Of a stretch of DNA of 64,000 nt, positions 8,835-18,394 are shown in pieces (positions within the stretch are counted from its first letter, which is position 1; each line of letters starts with the position of its first letter). A program made the position numbers and the translations under genes. This DNA is from a virus: the IMG/VR virus record IMGVR_UViG_3300048033_001096, positions 1 through 64,000 of that record; one strand, written 5' to 3'. Below the pieces are notes generated by a model. It was not told the origin of the DNA. It worked only from the letters and a program-made list of their open reading frames with translations, and did not search any database.

Positions 8835-9917
8835 ATGTCAGAAGTTACACGTACTGTTAGTCCAAACGGCGCAAAAGCAAGCATTTATCACGCTATGAGT
8901 AAAAAACGTCCAATCTTCCTTTGGGGTCCTCCAGGAATTGGTAAATCAGATATTGTTGCACAAATTACAGATAGTTTGCCTAACTCACACTTAATCGACA
9001 TTCGCTTATCATTATGGGAACCTACAGACATCAAAGGTATTCCATACTTTGACAGCAACTCAGGTACAATGGTATGGGGTGCGCCTAGCGAACTTCCTAC
9101 AGAAGAATTTGCAGCACAGTACGACAACATCGTAGTGTTCTTTGACGAGATGAACTCAGCGGCGCCTGCTGTACAAGCGGCAGCATATCAGTTGATTCTT
9201 AACCGTCGTGTAGGACAGTACAAATTGCCCGACAATGTTATTATTGTTGCAGCTGGTAACCGTGAAGCAGACAAAGGTGTTACATACAGAATGCCTGCTC
9301 CGTTGGCTAACCGCTTTGTACACTTGGAACTAGCTGTTAACTTTGATGACTGGTTTACTTGGGCCGTTGCTAATAGAATTCATAAAGATGTTGTAGGTTA
9401 TCTGCAATTTGCAAAGAAAGACTTATACGATTTTGATCCTAAATCACCTAGTCGTTCGTTTGCAACACCTCGTTCTTGGTCATTTGTTAGCGAGCTTATT
9501 GAAGACAACATCGACGAAAGCACTACAACTGATCTTGTAGCTGGCTCAGTCGGAGAAGGACTTGCTGTTAAGTTTATGGCACACCGTAAGGTAGCAGCCG
9601 ATATGCCTAATCCAACTGACATTTTAGCAGGCAAAGTAACAGATTTAAAAACTAAAGAAATTAGTGCAATGTATTCTTTGACTGTTTCACTTTGCTACGA
9701 ACTTAAAGAAGCAAGTGATGCAGGAGATAAAAAGTTTGACGACAAAGTTAATAATTTCTTAAAGTTTGCAATGAATAACTTTGAAACTGAAATGGTTGTA
9801 ATGGGTATTAAACTTGCACTTGCACAATACCAACTTCCAATTGATCCAGACGAAGTTGAATGTTTTGATGAATTCCACGATCGTTATGGCAAATACATTA
9901 AGGCAGCACAGTCGTAA
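8835..9917 (+). CDS. MoxR-like AAA+ ATPase
   Basis: Walker A GPPGIGKS, Walker B VVFFDE, sensor AAGN, arginine finger LANRF, TPRSW. Confidence 0.9.
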   Translation: MSEVTRTVSPNGAKASIYHAMSKKRPIFLWGPPGIGKSDIVAQITDSLPNSHLIDIRLSLWEPTDIKGIPYFDSNSGTMVWGAPSELPTEEFAAQYDNIVVFFDEMNSAAPAVQAAAYQLILNRRVGQYKLPDNVIIVAAGNREADKGVTYRMPAPLANRFVHLELAVNFDDWFTWAVANRIHKDVVGYLQFAKKDLYDFDPKSPSRSFATPRSWSFVSELIEDNIDESTTTDLVAGSVGEGLAVKFMAHRKVAADMPNPTDILAGKVTDLKTKEISAMYSLTVSLCYELKEASDAGDKKFDDKVNNFLKFAMNNFETEMVVMGIKLALAQYQLPIDPDEVECFDEFHDRYGKYIKAAQS

Positions 9918-9924
9918 TATATAA

Positions 9925-9957
9925 GAATGAGTGGGTAATGCCCACTCATTCATTTAT
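9925..9957 (+). terminator. Probable intrinsic terminator hairpin
   Basis: 11-bp perfect stem GAATGAGTGGG / CCCACTCATTC (9925-9935 / 9941-9951) followed by ATTTAT. Confidence 0.65.
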
Positions 9958-9959
9958 GG

Positions 9960-9987
9960 TTGACATATATACTGATGATGCTATAAT
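9960..9987 (+). promoter_or_regulatory. Sigma70-type promoter with extended -10
   Basis: TTGACA (9960-9965), 16 bp spacer, TG-C-TATAAT (-10 at 9982-9987). Confidence 0.75.
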
Positions 9988-10012
9988 ACATGTATAAGTT
10001 AATAAAAGGGCA

Positions 10013-11341
10013 ATGACAATGAGTACTAAAGACACAGCAAGTAAACTTAAAAACTGGACACCTAATCCAGATATTACTCCTGAAGAATTAGAAGAAATGC
10101 GTGTAGAAGTATACGATCGCATTATTGTTGCACGAGTAGGTTTGCTACTGCGTCACCCTTTCTTTGGTAATATGGCTACACGTTTGCGCATTTTGGCAGC
10201 AGACGAATGGCTTGGTACTGCGGCTGTTGACGGACGCAACTTATACTACAACACACAATTCTTTAATGCAATGAACAATAAAGAAATTGAATTTGTTGTA
10301 GCACATGAAATTTTGCACATGGTGTTTGATCATTTAGGACGTAGAGAAGATCGCAATCCTATGCTTTACAATATTGCCGCAGACTACAAAGTTAATAACT
10401 TGCTAGTGCGAGATCGCATTGGTGAAAAACCTAGTATTGTAGACTGTTTCCAAGATTTTAAATATGACCTAGACACTTCAGAAGAAATTTATGATAAACT
10501 TTTTGAAGACGCTAAACAAGCTGGCAAAGAATTGCAAAAACTCCTTGAAGAATTAGATCAAGAAGGTGAAATGCTAGACGAACACCTTGACGATGAAGGC
10601 AACGGCGAGTCAGAAGAAGGTGAAGAAGAAAAAGACGCAAACGGCAATAGTGTTTCTAAAAAGCGTCCAAAGTACTCTAAAGAAGAACTTAAAAAGATTA
10701 AAGACGAAGTAAAAGAAGCTATGATTAATGCGGCACAAACTGCTGGTGCAGGTAACGTACCGGCTGGTGTAGAACGTATGATTAAAGAGCTTACAGAACC
10801 TAAAATGAATTGGCGTGAATTACTTCGTCAACAGATCCAAAGTACTATTAAGAGCGACTATACATTTATGCGTCCTAATCGCAAAGGGTGGCATACTGGC
10901 GCTATACTGCCAGGTATGAATTTTGACGAAACTATTGACATTTGTATTGCATTAGATATGTCAGGTTCTATTGGCAACGATCAGGCGGCAGACTTCTTAG
11001 GCGAAGTAAAAGGCATTATGGACGAGTACAAAGATTATAAGATTAAGATCTGGTGCTTTGATACTGCGGTATATAACGAAGATGACTTTAGTGCAGACGA
11101 TGGTCGCGAGCTTACTGACTACGAAATTCTCGGAGGCGGCGGCACTGACTTTATGGTGAACTGGACGTACATGAAAGAACAAGGTATTACACCTAAGAAG
11201 TTTTTGATGTTTACAGACGGTTACGCTTGGGATAGTTGGGGCGACGAAGACTACTGCGATACAGTTTTTGTTATTCACAGTCACCATGACAAGAACATTC
11301 AAGCACCATTTGGTCAGACTGCACACTACGAAGTAGCATAG
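10013..11341 (+). CDS. HExxH metallopeptidase-like plus VWA domain protein (DUF2201-like), partner of the MoxR ATPase
   Basis: VAHEILH, acidic linker, MIDAS LDMSGS, GGGGTDF, FTDGY. Confidence 0.85.
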   Translation: MTMSTKDTASKLKNWTPNPDITPEELEEMRVEVYDRIIVARVGLLLRHPFFGNMATRLRILAADEWLGTAAVDGRNLYYNTQFFNAMNNKEIEFVVAHEILHMVFDHLGRREDRNPMLYNIAADYKVNNLLVRDRIGEKPSIVDCFQDFKYDLDTSEEIYDKLFEDAKQAGKELQKLLEELDQEGEMLDEHLDDEGNGESEEGEEEKDANGNSVSKKRPKYSKEELKKIKDEVKEAMINAAQTAGAGNVPAGVERMIKELTEPKMNWRELLRQQIQSTIKSDYTFMRPNRKGWHTGAILPGMNFDETIDICIALDMSGSIGNDQAADFLGEVKGIMDEYKDYKIKIWCFDTAVYNEDDFSADDGRELTDYEILGGGGTDFMVNWTYMKEQGITPKKFLMFTDGYAWDSWGDEDYCDTVFVIHSHHDKNIQAPFGQTAHYEVA

Positions 11342-11620
11342 ATGAAACTATACAAACCAAATCCATTAAATGTTTTTAACCTAAGAAAGGTTGAGTGTCC
11401 TATAGCACACTTTGAGTATGTTAACTTACCAATGAAATATAATTTGGAAGAAAGTTTAGTTAAATGGATTGAAAAAAACTTAAAAGGTAGATTTTATATA
11501 AATCGAACACTAGCTATTGGCAAATCAAATAAACCCGAAGTACACATAAAAATTGGTTTTGAAAATTCAAAAGAAATGTCGTATTTCAATTTGGCGTGTC
11601 CACATTTAAAATATATGTAA
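11342..11620 (+). CDS. Hypothetical protein
   Basis: 92-aa ORF abutting the upstream stop. Confidence 0.7.
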   Translation: MKLYKPNPLNVFNLRKVECPIAHFEYVNLPMKYNLEESLVKWIEKNLKGRFYINRTLAIGKSNKPEVHIKIGFENSKEMSYFNLACPHLKYM

Positions 11621-11660
11621 ATATATTAGAGCGCATTTAAATTATAGGAGATGAATAAAA

Positions 11661-11897
11661 ATGAGCGAAGAAACAACAAACGAAGCACCAGTAAGCACCG
11701 AAACTGAATCAACAGGTGCCGAACTTACAGTACAAGACCTTGCTTCATTAAAACAAATCATCGATGTTGCAAGTCAACGCGGTGCGTTTAAGCCTAACGA
11801 AATGACAGTTGTAGGTCAAACTTACGGTAAACTAGAATCGTTCTTAGGCGAGATTCAAAAACAACAGGCTTCTGCAACAGCAGACCAAGGAGCATAA
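11661..11897 (+). CDS. Hypothetical protein
   Basis: 78-aa ORF, AGGAG RBS, TAAATA motif upstream. Confidence 0.8.
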   Translation: MSEETTNEAPVSTETESTGAELTVQDLASLKQIIDVASQRGAFKPNEMTVVGQTYGKLESFLGEIQKQQASATADQGA

Positions 11898-11898
11898 A

Positions 11899-12528
11899 AT
11901 GGCAGCAATAAAACATGTTGGTCGGTTGGTTAGAAACCAACGAAGAGTAATAGTAGCTTATCGAGTAGTACCTAATGAAGCTGAATCAGCTATCATTGTA
12001 ACTACAGAAAATTTAATGGCTGACGAACACGATGCCCTAATTAAATTAGTAGAATCTGATGCAGGTCAGCAAGCATACGAACTTGCTGAAGCAATGGCAA
12101 GAACAAGATTGCCTGATGGTAGAAATATGTTAGCTGCATTCCACACTACTGGTAAAATGGTTAAAGTTAATCAATCTGAAGTAGAAATGATTCCTGATAC
12201 ACAAAGTAGCGTAAACTTAGCAGAATTAAATAAAATTATTGCTAAAAATAAAGGTGTAACTGTTGGTGATTTAGCCATTAAACCAAATAATGGTGAAGAT
12301 ATTCCAAAAAAAGTTGAACCAGCAGTAGCATCACCGGCTGAATCAGTATACTTAGACGAAGCACAAGTAACAAACGAACAACCACTGACAGACGAAGAGC
12401 TTGCCTCTCAGTATCGTTCCCAAGCAGATCGTATGAGCAAAGAAGCTGCGGCTCTACGTAGACAAGCAGAAGAGCTAGTTCCTACTAAAAAGAAAAGCCA
12501 GAAAAAAGTTGTCGATGTAGGTGGCTAA
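11899..12528 (+). CDS. Hypothetical phage protein
   Basis: 209-aa ORF with AGGAG RBS. Confidence 0.85.
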   Translation: MAAIKHVGRLVRNQRRVIVAYRVVPNEAESAIIVTTENLMADEHDALIKLVESDAGQQAYELAEAMARTRLPDGRNMLAAFHTTGKMVKVNQSEVEMIPDTQSSVNLAELNKIIAKNKGVTVGDLAIKPNNGEDIPKKVEPAVASPAESVYLDEAQVTNEQPLTDEELASQYRSQADRMSKEAAALRRQAEELVPTKKKSQKKVVDVGG

Positions 12529-12844
12529 GAATACAGACTCAGGATTACCTCCCGAAGTAGTAGATCATTGGCCTGAAGTTTTTGAAGACCTTGACGTTAA
12601 AGTAGTACCGATAGAATATTTAAACTCAGTTAGAATATTCTTCGAAGACGGAAAAGTTTGGGAAATTGACATTGCTAAAACTAAACAAAAGGCTAGTTCT
12701 GAAGAATCACTCGAAGATACTTTAGAAGAGTTATTCGAACAGTACGAAGACGTTATAATTAATATTGACTTTAGGTTAGATACTATTAGACTCAAAGAAG
12801 ACATTAAAAAACGAACTCGAACTTTCTTGAAAAAAAGAAAGTAA
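12521..12844 (+). CDS. Hypothetical acidic protein (GTG start)
   Basis: 107-aa ORF overlapping the upstream stop. Confidence 0.75.
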   Translation: MAKNTDSGLPPEVVDHWPEVFEDLDVKVVPIEYLNSVRIFFEDGKVWEIDIAKTKQKASSEESLEDTLEELFEQYEDVIINIDFRLDTIRLKEDIKKRTRTFLKKRK

Positions 12845-12867
12845 TATTTCTAGTTTCTGACAAATGG

Positions 12868-12875
12868 CATAAATA
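12868..12875 (+). promoter_or_regulatory. Putative late promoter (CATAAATA)
   Basis: T4 late-like motif 35 nt upstream of the tail-fibre-like gene. Confidence 0.55.
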
Positions 12876-12909
12876 CATATAAGAAATAAGATATTCCAGG
12901 AGTTAACAC

Positions 12910-14331
12910 ATGGCCCTACGATTAAGACGTGGAACAGATGCAGAAAGATTAATTGTAATCCCGTTACAAGGAGAATTAATCTACACAACAGATACTAAAA
13001 AATTATATGCTGGCGATGGCGCAACAGCAGGTGGTATTCTTGTTGGACCCACAGAAGCAGACGGTTTTACAAATTTAGTTGATGACACAACACCACAATT
13101 AGGTGGTAATTTAGATTTAAACGGTAATAATATTACAGGTACAGGTAATATTGATATAGACGGTACTATTACTGCTACAGGCGTAGTAAACCTAGGCGAC
13201 GACGATGCTGATATTGTTAATGTAAGCGGTGTGATTAACTCCTCACTAAGACCTGCATTAGACGGCGAGTACAACTTAGGATCTAGTCAGCGCAGATGGA
13301 ATACAGTTTGGGCAGAAGGTGGTCAGATTACTGGTCAGTTAACTGCTGAATCAGTATTTATAGACAGAATTGTAAGTTCTGCTAGTACACTTCTTTACGA
13401 TTCAAACACTGATACATTAAGTGCTACTAATGTAGATGCTACAACATTTACAGGCGCTTTATCAGGTAACGTCACAGGTGATTTGTCCGGTAATGTTACT
13501 AGTTTAGGAACTTCTCAATTTGCACAACTAGAAGCAGACAGTGTTACATTAAGTGGAGGTACAATAGACGGAGTTACTATTGGCTCCGATGTTAACGTTC
13601 CGGCAACAAATATTACAGGAAGAGAAATTACAGCAACTATTGGTTTTGCTGGCGTATTAACTGGACAACTATTTGGTAATAGTACTGGTACACACTTAGG
13701 TGATGTTAAAGGTTCAGTTGTAGCAGACGATTCTACACTACTTGTAGACGGCATCGAAGGTAAATTAACTGGTGATTTAACAAACAACAGAATTACTTCT
13801 TCAAGAGTAGAGTTAAATCGACTAAAACTAGAAGGTACAGATATTCAAGGCGACGATGTTGGATTAGCAATTGTTTCAGAAAAAGATAACTTTACGTCGA
13901 ACTTTGATACGTTTACTATTACAGGCTATAATGACACTAACGAAGGTCAAGTTATGTCATTTATCAGACATAGAGGTACCCAAGCTGCACCAAGTGCTTT
14001 ACAAGATGGCGATATTATTAATGCATTGTATTGGTTTGGTGCAGATGCAGATGCAAATCCTGCTGTATCAGTTGTTGCTGGTGCTGTAGTAGACGGAACA
14101 CCAACCTCAGGCGTTACTCCAGGGGCATTCCAAGTTGTTACATGGAACACTTCAGGCGTTCCGACTGTTGGATTAAAAATTAAAAATAATGGTGTAATAG
14201 AAGTTGCAGATAACACTGTTGCAGCAGGAGCAAATCCAGGAGATGTTGACGATAGTGCTGTTGTCGAGTATTTACAAATTACAGTAGGCGGTACATCTTA
14301 TGCAATGCCTTTATATGCAATTCGTCCATAA
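12910..14331 (+). CDS. Tail fibre or virion structural protein
   Basis: N-terminal LRLRRGT...GELIYTTDTKKLYAGDG fibre-attachment (Mtd_N/hyaluronidase-type) motif; DTTPQLGGNLDLNG; Gly/Thr-rich GNVTG repeats. Confidence 0.8.
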   Translation: MALRLRRGTDAERLIVIPLQGELIYTTDTKKLYAGDGATAGGILVGPTEADGFTNLVDDTTPQLGGNLDLNGNNITGTGNIDIDGTITATGVVNLGDDDADIVNVSGVINSSLRPALDGEYNLGSSQRRWNTVWAEGGQITGQLTAESVFIDRIVSSASTLLYDSNTDTLSATNVDATTFTGALSGNVTGDLSGNVTSLGTSQFAQLEADSVTLSGGTIDGVTIGSDVNVPATNITGREITATIGFAGVLTGQLFGNSTGTHLGDVKGSVVADDSTLLVDGIEGKLTGDLTNNRITSSRVELNRLKLEGTDIQGDDVGLAIVSEKDNFTSNFDTFTITGYNDTNEGQVMSFIRHRGTQAAPSALQDGDIINALYWFGADADANPAVSVVAGAVVDGTPTSGVTPGAFQVVTWNTSGVPTVGLKIKNNGVIEVADNTVAAGANPGDVDDSAVVEYLQITVGGTSYAMPLYAIRP

Positions 14332-15191
14332 GCATTTTTAAATTTTTCAGGCTTAAATCCGGAGTAATGTTTTTTAAGAAGTGTTACATCCGGATTTCGT
14401 CTTTTTACGCTTCCGTTAAGTCCATCTTTAATAATCCAAGGTACATTTTTTATACCTAGTGTTTCTGCAATTATATTTGCAGCATCGAGTATCTTTATTT
14501 CTTCATCGGACCCTACGTTAATAATTTCGTTCGAAACATTTCGAACATTAATTAGTGCGTCAACTGCATCTGCTACATAGCAAAAACTTCTAGTTTCATT
14601 AGCGCCAATAAGTTCGTAGTTACCTTGTTTTAACTTTTCTGCAATATCTTTGACAAAATGTCCGTTACTACTATGTTCGCTAAACACATTAAAAAATCGT
14701 ATTATAAGATAATCTATATTACTATTTGTAAGATAATTTTCGCCTACTAATTTTCCTATCCTATAACTCCATCGAGGGTTATGTATATCTTTTATTGTAA
14801 TGTCTGTTTGTTCTGCAGTGGGGTAAACGTCAGTGCCTGCAACAATTTCACTAGAAGAAGCATATATTAGCTTACAAGCAGGATTTTGTTGTACAAAATT
14901 AAAGATAGCAAAATCTGCTTCAATGTTACTTTGCATTAGTTTATTAGGAATATCATAAAAGTATTTTGTGCCATTTATATTACCCATATGGAATATATAG
15001 TCAAAATCGTTTTCAACTTCTTTAGTATATTTACAAATGTCAATTGATTCAAATATATCACAATCAGGTATATTTTTAGACCTAAATCCGTTGTCAACAC
15101 CTACTACTTCAAATCCGTGTTGCTTGAGTTGTTTGGAAAGTTCTCTTCCAATTAATCCGCTAGCACCTGTTACTAAGACTTTTTGATCCAT
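14298..15191 (-). CDS. NAD-dependent nucleotide-sugar epimerase/dehydratase (UDP-GlcA decarboxylase-like)
   Basis: TGASGLIG, YASSSE, PRWSYRIGK (YxxxK), RFFNV, TRSFCYV, RRNPD. Confidence 0.85.
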   Translation of the reverse strand: MDQKVLVTGASGLIGRELSKQLKQHGFEVVGVDNGFRSKNIPDCDIFESIDICKYTKEVENDFDYIFHMGNINGTKYFYDIPNKLMQSNIEADFAIFNFVQQNPACKLIYASSSEIVAGTDVYPTAEQTDITIKDIHNPRWSYRIGKLVGENYLTNSNIDYLIIRFFNVFSEHSSNGHFVKDIAEKLKQGNYELIGANETRSFCYVADAVDALINVRNVSNEIINVGSDEEIKILDAANIIAETLGIKNVPWIIKDGLNGSVKRRNPDVTLLKKHYSGFKPEKFKNAYGRIAYKGIA

Positions 15192-15910
15192 TGTGTATTC
15201 AACTCTCTAATGTGTTTAAACCAGTTTTGATCAATGCCGTGTGCATCTAATGTTTCAATAAGGAAGGTTAAATCCTTAGGCAAGCACTTGCCGCCGAACC
15301 CTCTTGTGCCGTCATGTCCAGGAACCTCCATGTATGTTTGATCCTGCTGAATTTTAAAGAACATGTCTTTAACTACATCGTAGTCTGCACCTACACTTTG
15401 TGCTAGATCATAAAATACATTTGCAAATGCAATACGAACTACGGCAAAGTTATTAGCAAACATCTTTACTAGTTCTGCTTCATCTGTAGCGCACTCGTGT
15501 ATTTCTTCGTCTTCTAACCACTCTGGTAAAAAGTCTGCAACATCATAACCTACAATCAAAGGACGTTTTAAACAATCTGTATCCCAATAACGCTCACGCA
15601 AGAATTCTGGAATATAAATGATAGGTCCAACTTGTGCTTGTATCCGTGTACATGCCCCTAATGGCAATGTGCTACGAATAATAATTTTTACGTTTGAATT
15701 GTGTTCTTGTAGTTCTTTTATTTCGTTAATGATAGTTTTAATGTCATCGTCTGTATTTGTAGGAATACAAATAAAAACTGTATCTGCATTGTAAATAATA
15801 CTTTTGTCAACATCAAACATTATATCGTATACAATTGCTTTTTCATCTTTAAGCAATCCTTTATGGGTTGCTTTGCCTACATAGCCGTATCCTAAAATTC
15901 CAAATTTCAT
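15173..15910 (-). CDS. UDP-glucose/GDP-mannose dehydrogenase family protein (short, lacks the C-terminal domain)
   Basis: GYGYVG, FICIPT, IRST, PEFLRE and GFGGKCLPKD. Confidence 0.9.
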   Translation of the reverse strand: MKFGILGYGYVGKATHKGLLKDEKAIVYDIMFDVDKSIIYNADTVFICIPTNTDDDIKTIINEIKELQEHNSNVKIIIRSTLPLGACTRIQAQVGPIIYIPEFLRERYWDTDCLKRPLIVGYDVADFLPEWLEDEEIHECATDEAELVKMFANNFAVVRIAFANVFYDLAQSVGADYDVVKDMFFKIQQDQTYMEVPGHDGTRGFGGKCLPKDLTFLIETLDAHGIDQNWFKHIRELNTQWIKKS

Positions 15911-16392
15911 TTAAATGTACTCACTTGCGCTGTGTGAAAAGAAAGATTACTTGCATTCACAGCATAATGCATTTCGTGTCCTGTAAATTTCCAAACATCG
16001 CCAGCGTTCCATTGTGAAATAATATGATCTTTAAAAGGCACAGCTTGTCCAAATTCCCATTTTTCTAAGAAAATTAAATATCTATAACAGTCGTCTAGTT
16101 CTACGTTGTGCTCCTGTCTTAGTGTATAAAATGTATCTTTGTGTGTTGGTAGTATTACATTAGGTTGTATGCAAGTCCAGCTTACTGACGCTTGTGTTGC
16201 GTCTAAGGCATCTTTAAATTGTTCTGCACACGGCAATTCTTCATTAAAACTTTGCAATAAGAAACCTGTATTATAATACTTGCGATTTAAATGATCAAAG
16301 TTTTTTGCTACAAAAGGAACTTCTCTAGCGTATGTATGTGTTGCTAAGTCTTCTTTCCAAAAGTTATTTAGTTTTGTTACGTATCTAGGCAT
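15907..16392 (-). CDS. Non-heme iron hydroxylase (Asp/Asn beta-hydroxylase-like cupin)
   Basis: LPTHKD (HxD) and distal HYAVN. Confidence 0.6.
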   Translation of the reverse strand: MPRYVTKLNNFWKEDLATHTYAREVPFVAKNFDHLNRKYYNTGFLLQSFNEELPCAEQFKDALDATQASVSWTCIQPNVILPTHKDTFYTLRQEHNVELDDCYRYLIFLEKWEFGQAVPFKDHIISQWNAGDVWKFTGHEMHYAVNASNLSFHTAQVSTFK

Positions 16393-16394
16393 AA

Positions 16395-17321
16395 CTATCC
16401 CTTTATATGATTTAGTATATATTCTTTATTTGGTAAATTAGTTATACTTTTTATTAAAGTTAACAATTTATCTTTTTCTTTTATATTTACAATATCTAAA
16501 TGAGTAGGATAAGTTAATACGTTTACAGTCCAATCTAAATCCATTATTGAAATAAATTCAGCTAAACTAGGAAATCCCTTCCAGTTGTTACAGTGTAATA
16601 CACTGTTTACACTTATTTCAAATTTTAATTTTTTAACTTGTTGGATAAAGGATAAAACATTTTCCCATTTACTACCACTACGTACTTTATTGTTTAATTC
16701 ACCATAGCCGTCAATACTAACAATAAACGAAACTAATTTAAATTGTTTTAAAAGTTTAATAGTTTCAACATCGAGCATAAAAGTTCCATTAGTATTGTAA
16801 ATTACAGATACCTCTGTCTTATTTGTTACTTGTTCTAAAACTTTATAATGACGTTTGGTCATTAATGGCTCACCGCCTAAAAATAATATTTTATCTACAG
16901 TATCTGGAACTGAATTAAAGTCCTTTGTTGACCTAATATGATATGCTGGTGGTTTATCTGGATTTTTAATCTTAGACCATTCCGAACTAAAATCTTCAAA
17001 GCAACCGTCGCATGCTAAATTACAAATGTTATCTAATCCTAATTCTAAAAATTTTAGTTCGACAGTATCAGTATCATAGATATTATTAAATTGTTCTCTT
17101 AAACTTTGTTTACCATTTGCTTCTTCATAGTAACATTTTTCACATCCTGATATATATTTGCCAGCACTACTAGCTCTACGCAATTCTTTATATTTGTCAG
17201 AATGCAATATATCTTCTACATTGCCGTCAAAAGTTTGTATGTCTTCTTTGAAACGGCAACAAGGATATATTTTATTATTATTCCTTAAATTAGTATGTTT
17301 CCAAAACGCTGCGCATTTCAT
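16395..17321 (-). CDS. Radical SAM enzyme with N-terminal Cys (twitch-like) module
   Basis: CNLACDGC, GGEP, TNG, SIDG; N-terminal C...PCC...CEKC. Confidence 0.9.
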   Translation of the reverse strand: MKCAAFWKHTNLRNNNKIYPCCRFKEDIQTFDGNVEDILHSDKYKELRRASSAGKYISGCEKCYYEEANGKQSLREQFNNIYDTDTVELKFLELGLDNICNLACDGCFEDFSSEWSKIKNPDKPPAYHIRSTKDFNSVPDTVDKILFLGGEPLMTKRHYKVLEQVTNKTEVSVIYNTNGTFMLDVETIKLLKQFKLVSFIVSIDGYGELNNKVRSGSKWENVLSFIQQVKKLKFEISVNSVLHCNNWKGFPSLAEFISIMDLDWTVNVLTYPTHLDIVNIKEKDKLLTLIKSITNLPNKEYILNHIKG

Positions 17322-18394
17322 AGTAAATGTCCAAATCCTGTTTTATTAAAGTAGTGATTAAGTTCTGCACTACTAGCATTTAACGTTTTTAAAATTCTAT
17401 CATTTTCTTTTGCTAAATTGAAAAAATGAGTTTTGTTATATGCTACATCTTTAGAAAAGTTAACTCTATTATACAAGATATATTCTAAATTGTCAACTAA
17501 TAATTTAAGTCTTTTAGACTCGTCCTTTACTGTAGCATACTCTGGATAAGGCAAGTAATTTTCAAATGTTTTAAATCCTAGATCTTTAATATATTCAAAC
17601 ATTTGTACATTGCCAGCAAACAAAAACGGATGCCCTTGTACAAACGCCCGATATGTTTTTTCAGTAAGAAATTTGCTGTTGTTATTGTTGTCACCCGGAT
17701 GTCCTTCAGATATAATACTTAGACTAGTATTAGCATATACAGCAGGATCGATCCAAGATGAATTGTTTGTCCATTCAGTTGCTACAGGATTTTTTTCAGT
17801 TCCGTATGTTTTAGATTTTTCATATACATTGTCAATCTTACGTTCTGCAAATTTTATAAAATCATAATAATCTTTTGTTGAAGGGAAATATTGTAAACAG
17901 TTAGTTTTTTGTTCTAGTGTCCAAGGAGTAAAAAAGCTCCACTCTGCATATTGTAATAAGTTTCTTTTGTACAATTCATATAACAATCCTATACGATTTG
18001 GTCTGTCAGGAACTCCGCCAAGAAATAAAAATTTATTAGTATTATTATAGTTATATGTAGTTGTATCTTTATAACTATTATATACAGTATGCAAATTAAA
18101 GTTAAATGGTATTGTAGTACATTTAACTTTGTTATTATGACTCTGTCCAGTTACAATTTTAACTTCTATTTGTAAAGAATTAGCATAATCTACAATATCG
18201 TTATATAGTTGATTCCAGATATTATTATTTTTATAAAGAAACCCGTCAGCAAGCATTAATCCCAAAATACTACTATACCCTTGCTTAGATGCTTCAAGTA
18301 TACTATTTTTTAGTTTTTTCTTTGTTGTATTTTCTAACGAATCATTTTCTTTTGAAAATACTTCAAAGTTTATTATCTTACTGTTTGTCCTCAA
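17318..18394 (-). CDS. Putative glycosyltransferase-like protein
   Basis: C-terminal SIISE...FLTEKTYRAFVQGHPF...LGFKTF segment resembles the GT10/GT-B EK motif. Confidence 0.45.
   Translation of the reverse strand: MRTNSKIINFEVFSKENDSLENTTKKKLKNSILEASKQGYSSILGLMLADGFLYKNNNIWNQLYNDIVDYANSLQIEVKIVTGQSHNNKVKCTTIPFNFNLHTVYNSYKDTTTYNYNNTNKFLFLGGVPDRPNRIGLLYELYKRNLLQYAEWSFFTPWTLEQKTNCLQYFPSTKDYYDFIKFAERKIDNVYEKSKTYGTEKNPVATEWTNNSSWIDPAVYANTSLSIISEGHPGDNNNNSKFLTEKTYRAFVQGHPFLFAGNVQMFEYIKDLGFKTFENYLPYPEYATVKDESKRLKLLVDNLEYILYNRVNFSKDVAYNKTHFFNLAKENDRILKTLNASSAELNHYFNKTGFGHLL

Noticed and set aside
12981-14216. Several antisense ORFs in the tail fibre gene, and similar ones throughout the window
   Set aside because: Antisense shadows of real genes, explained by codon bias; no RBS or motifs
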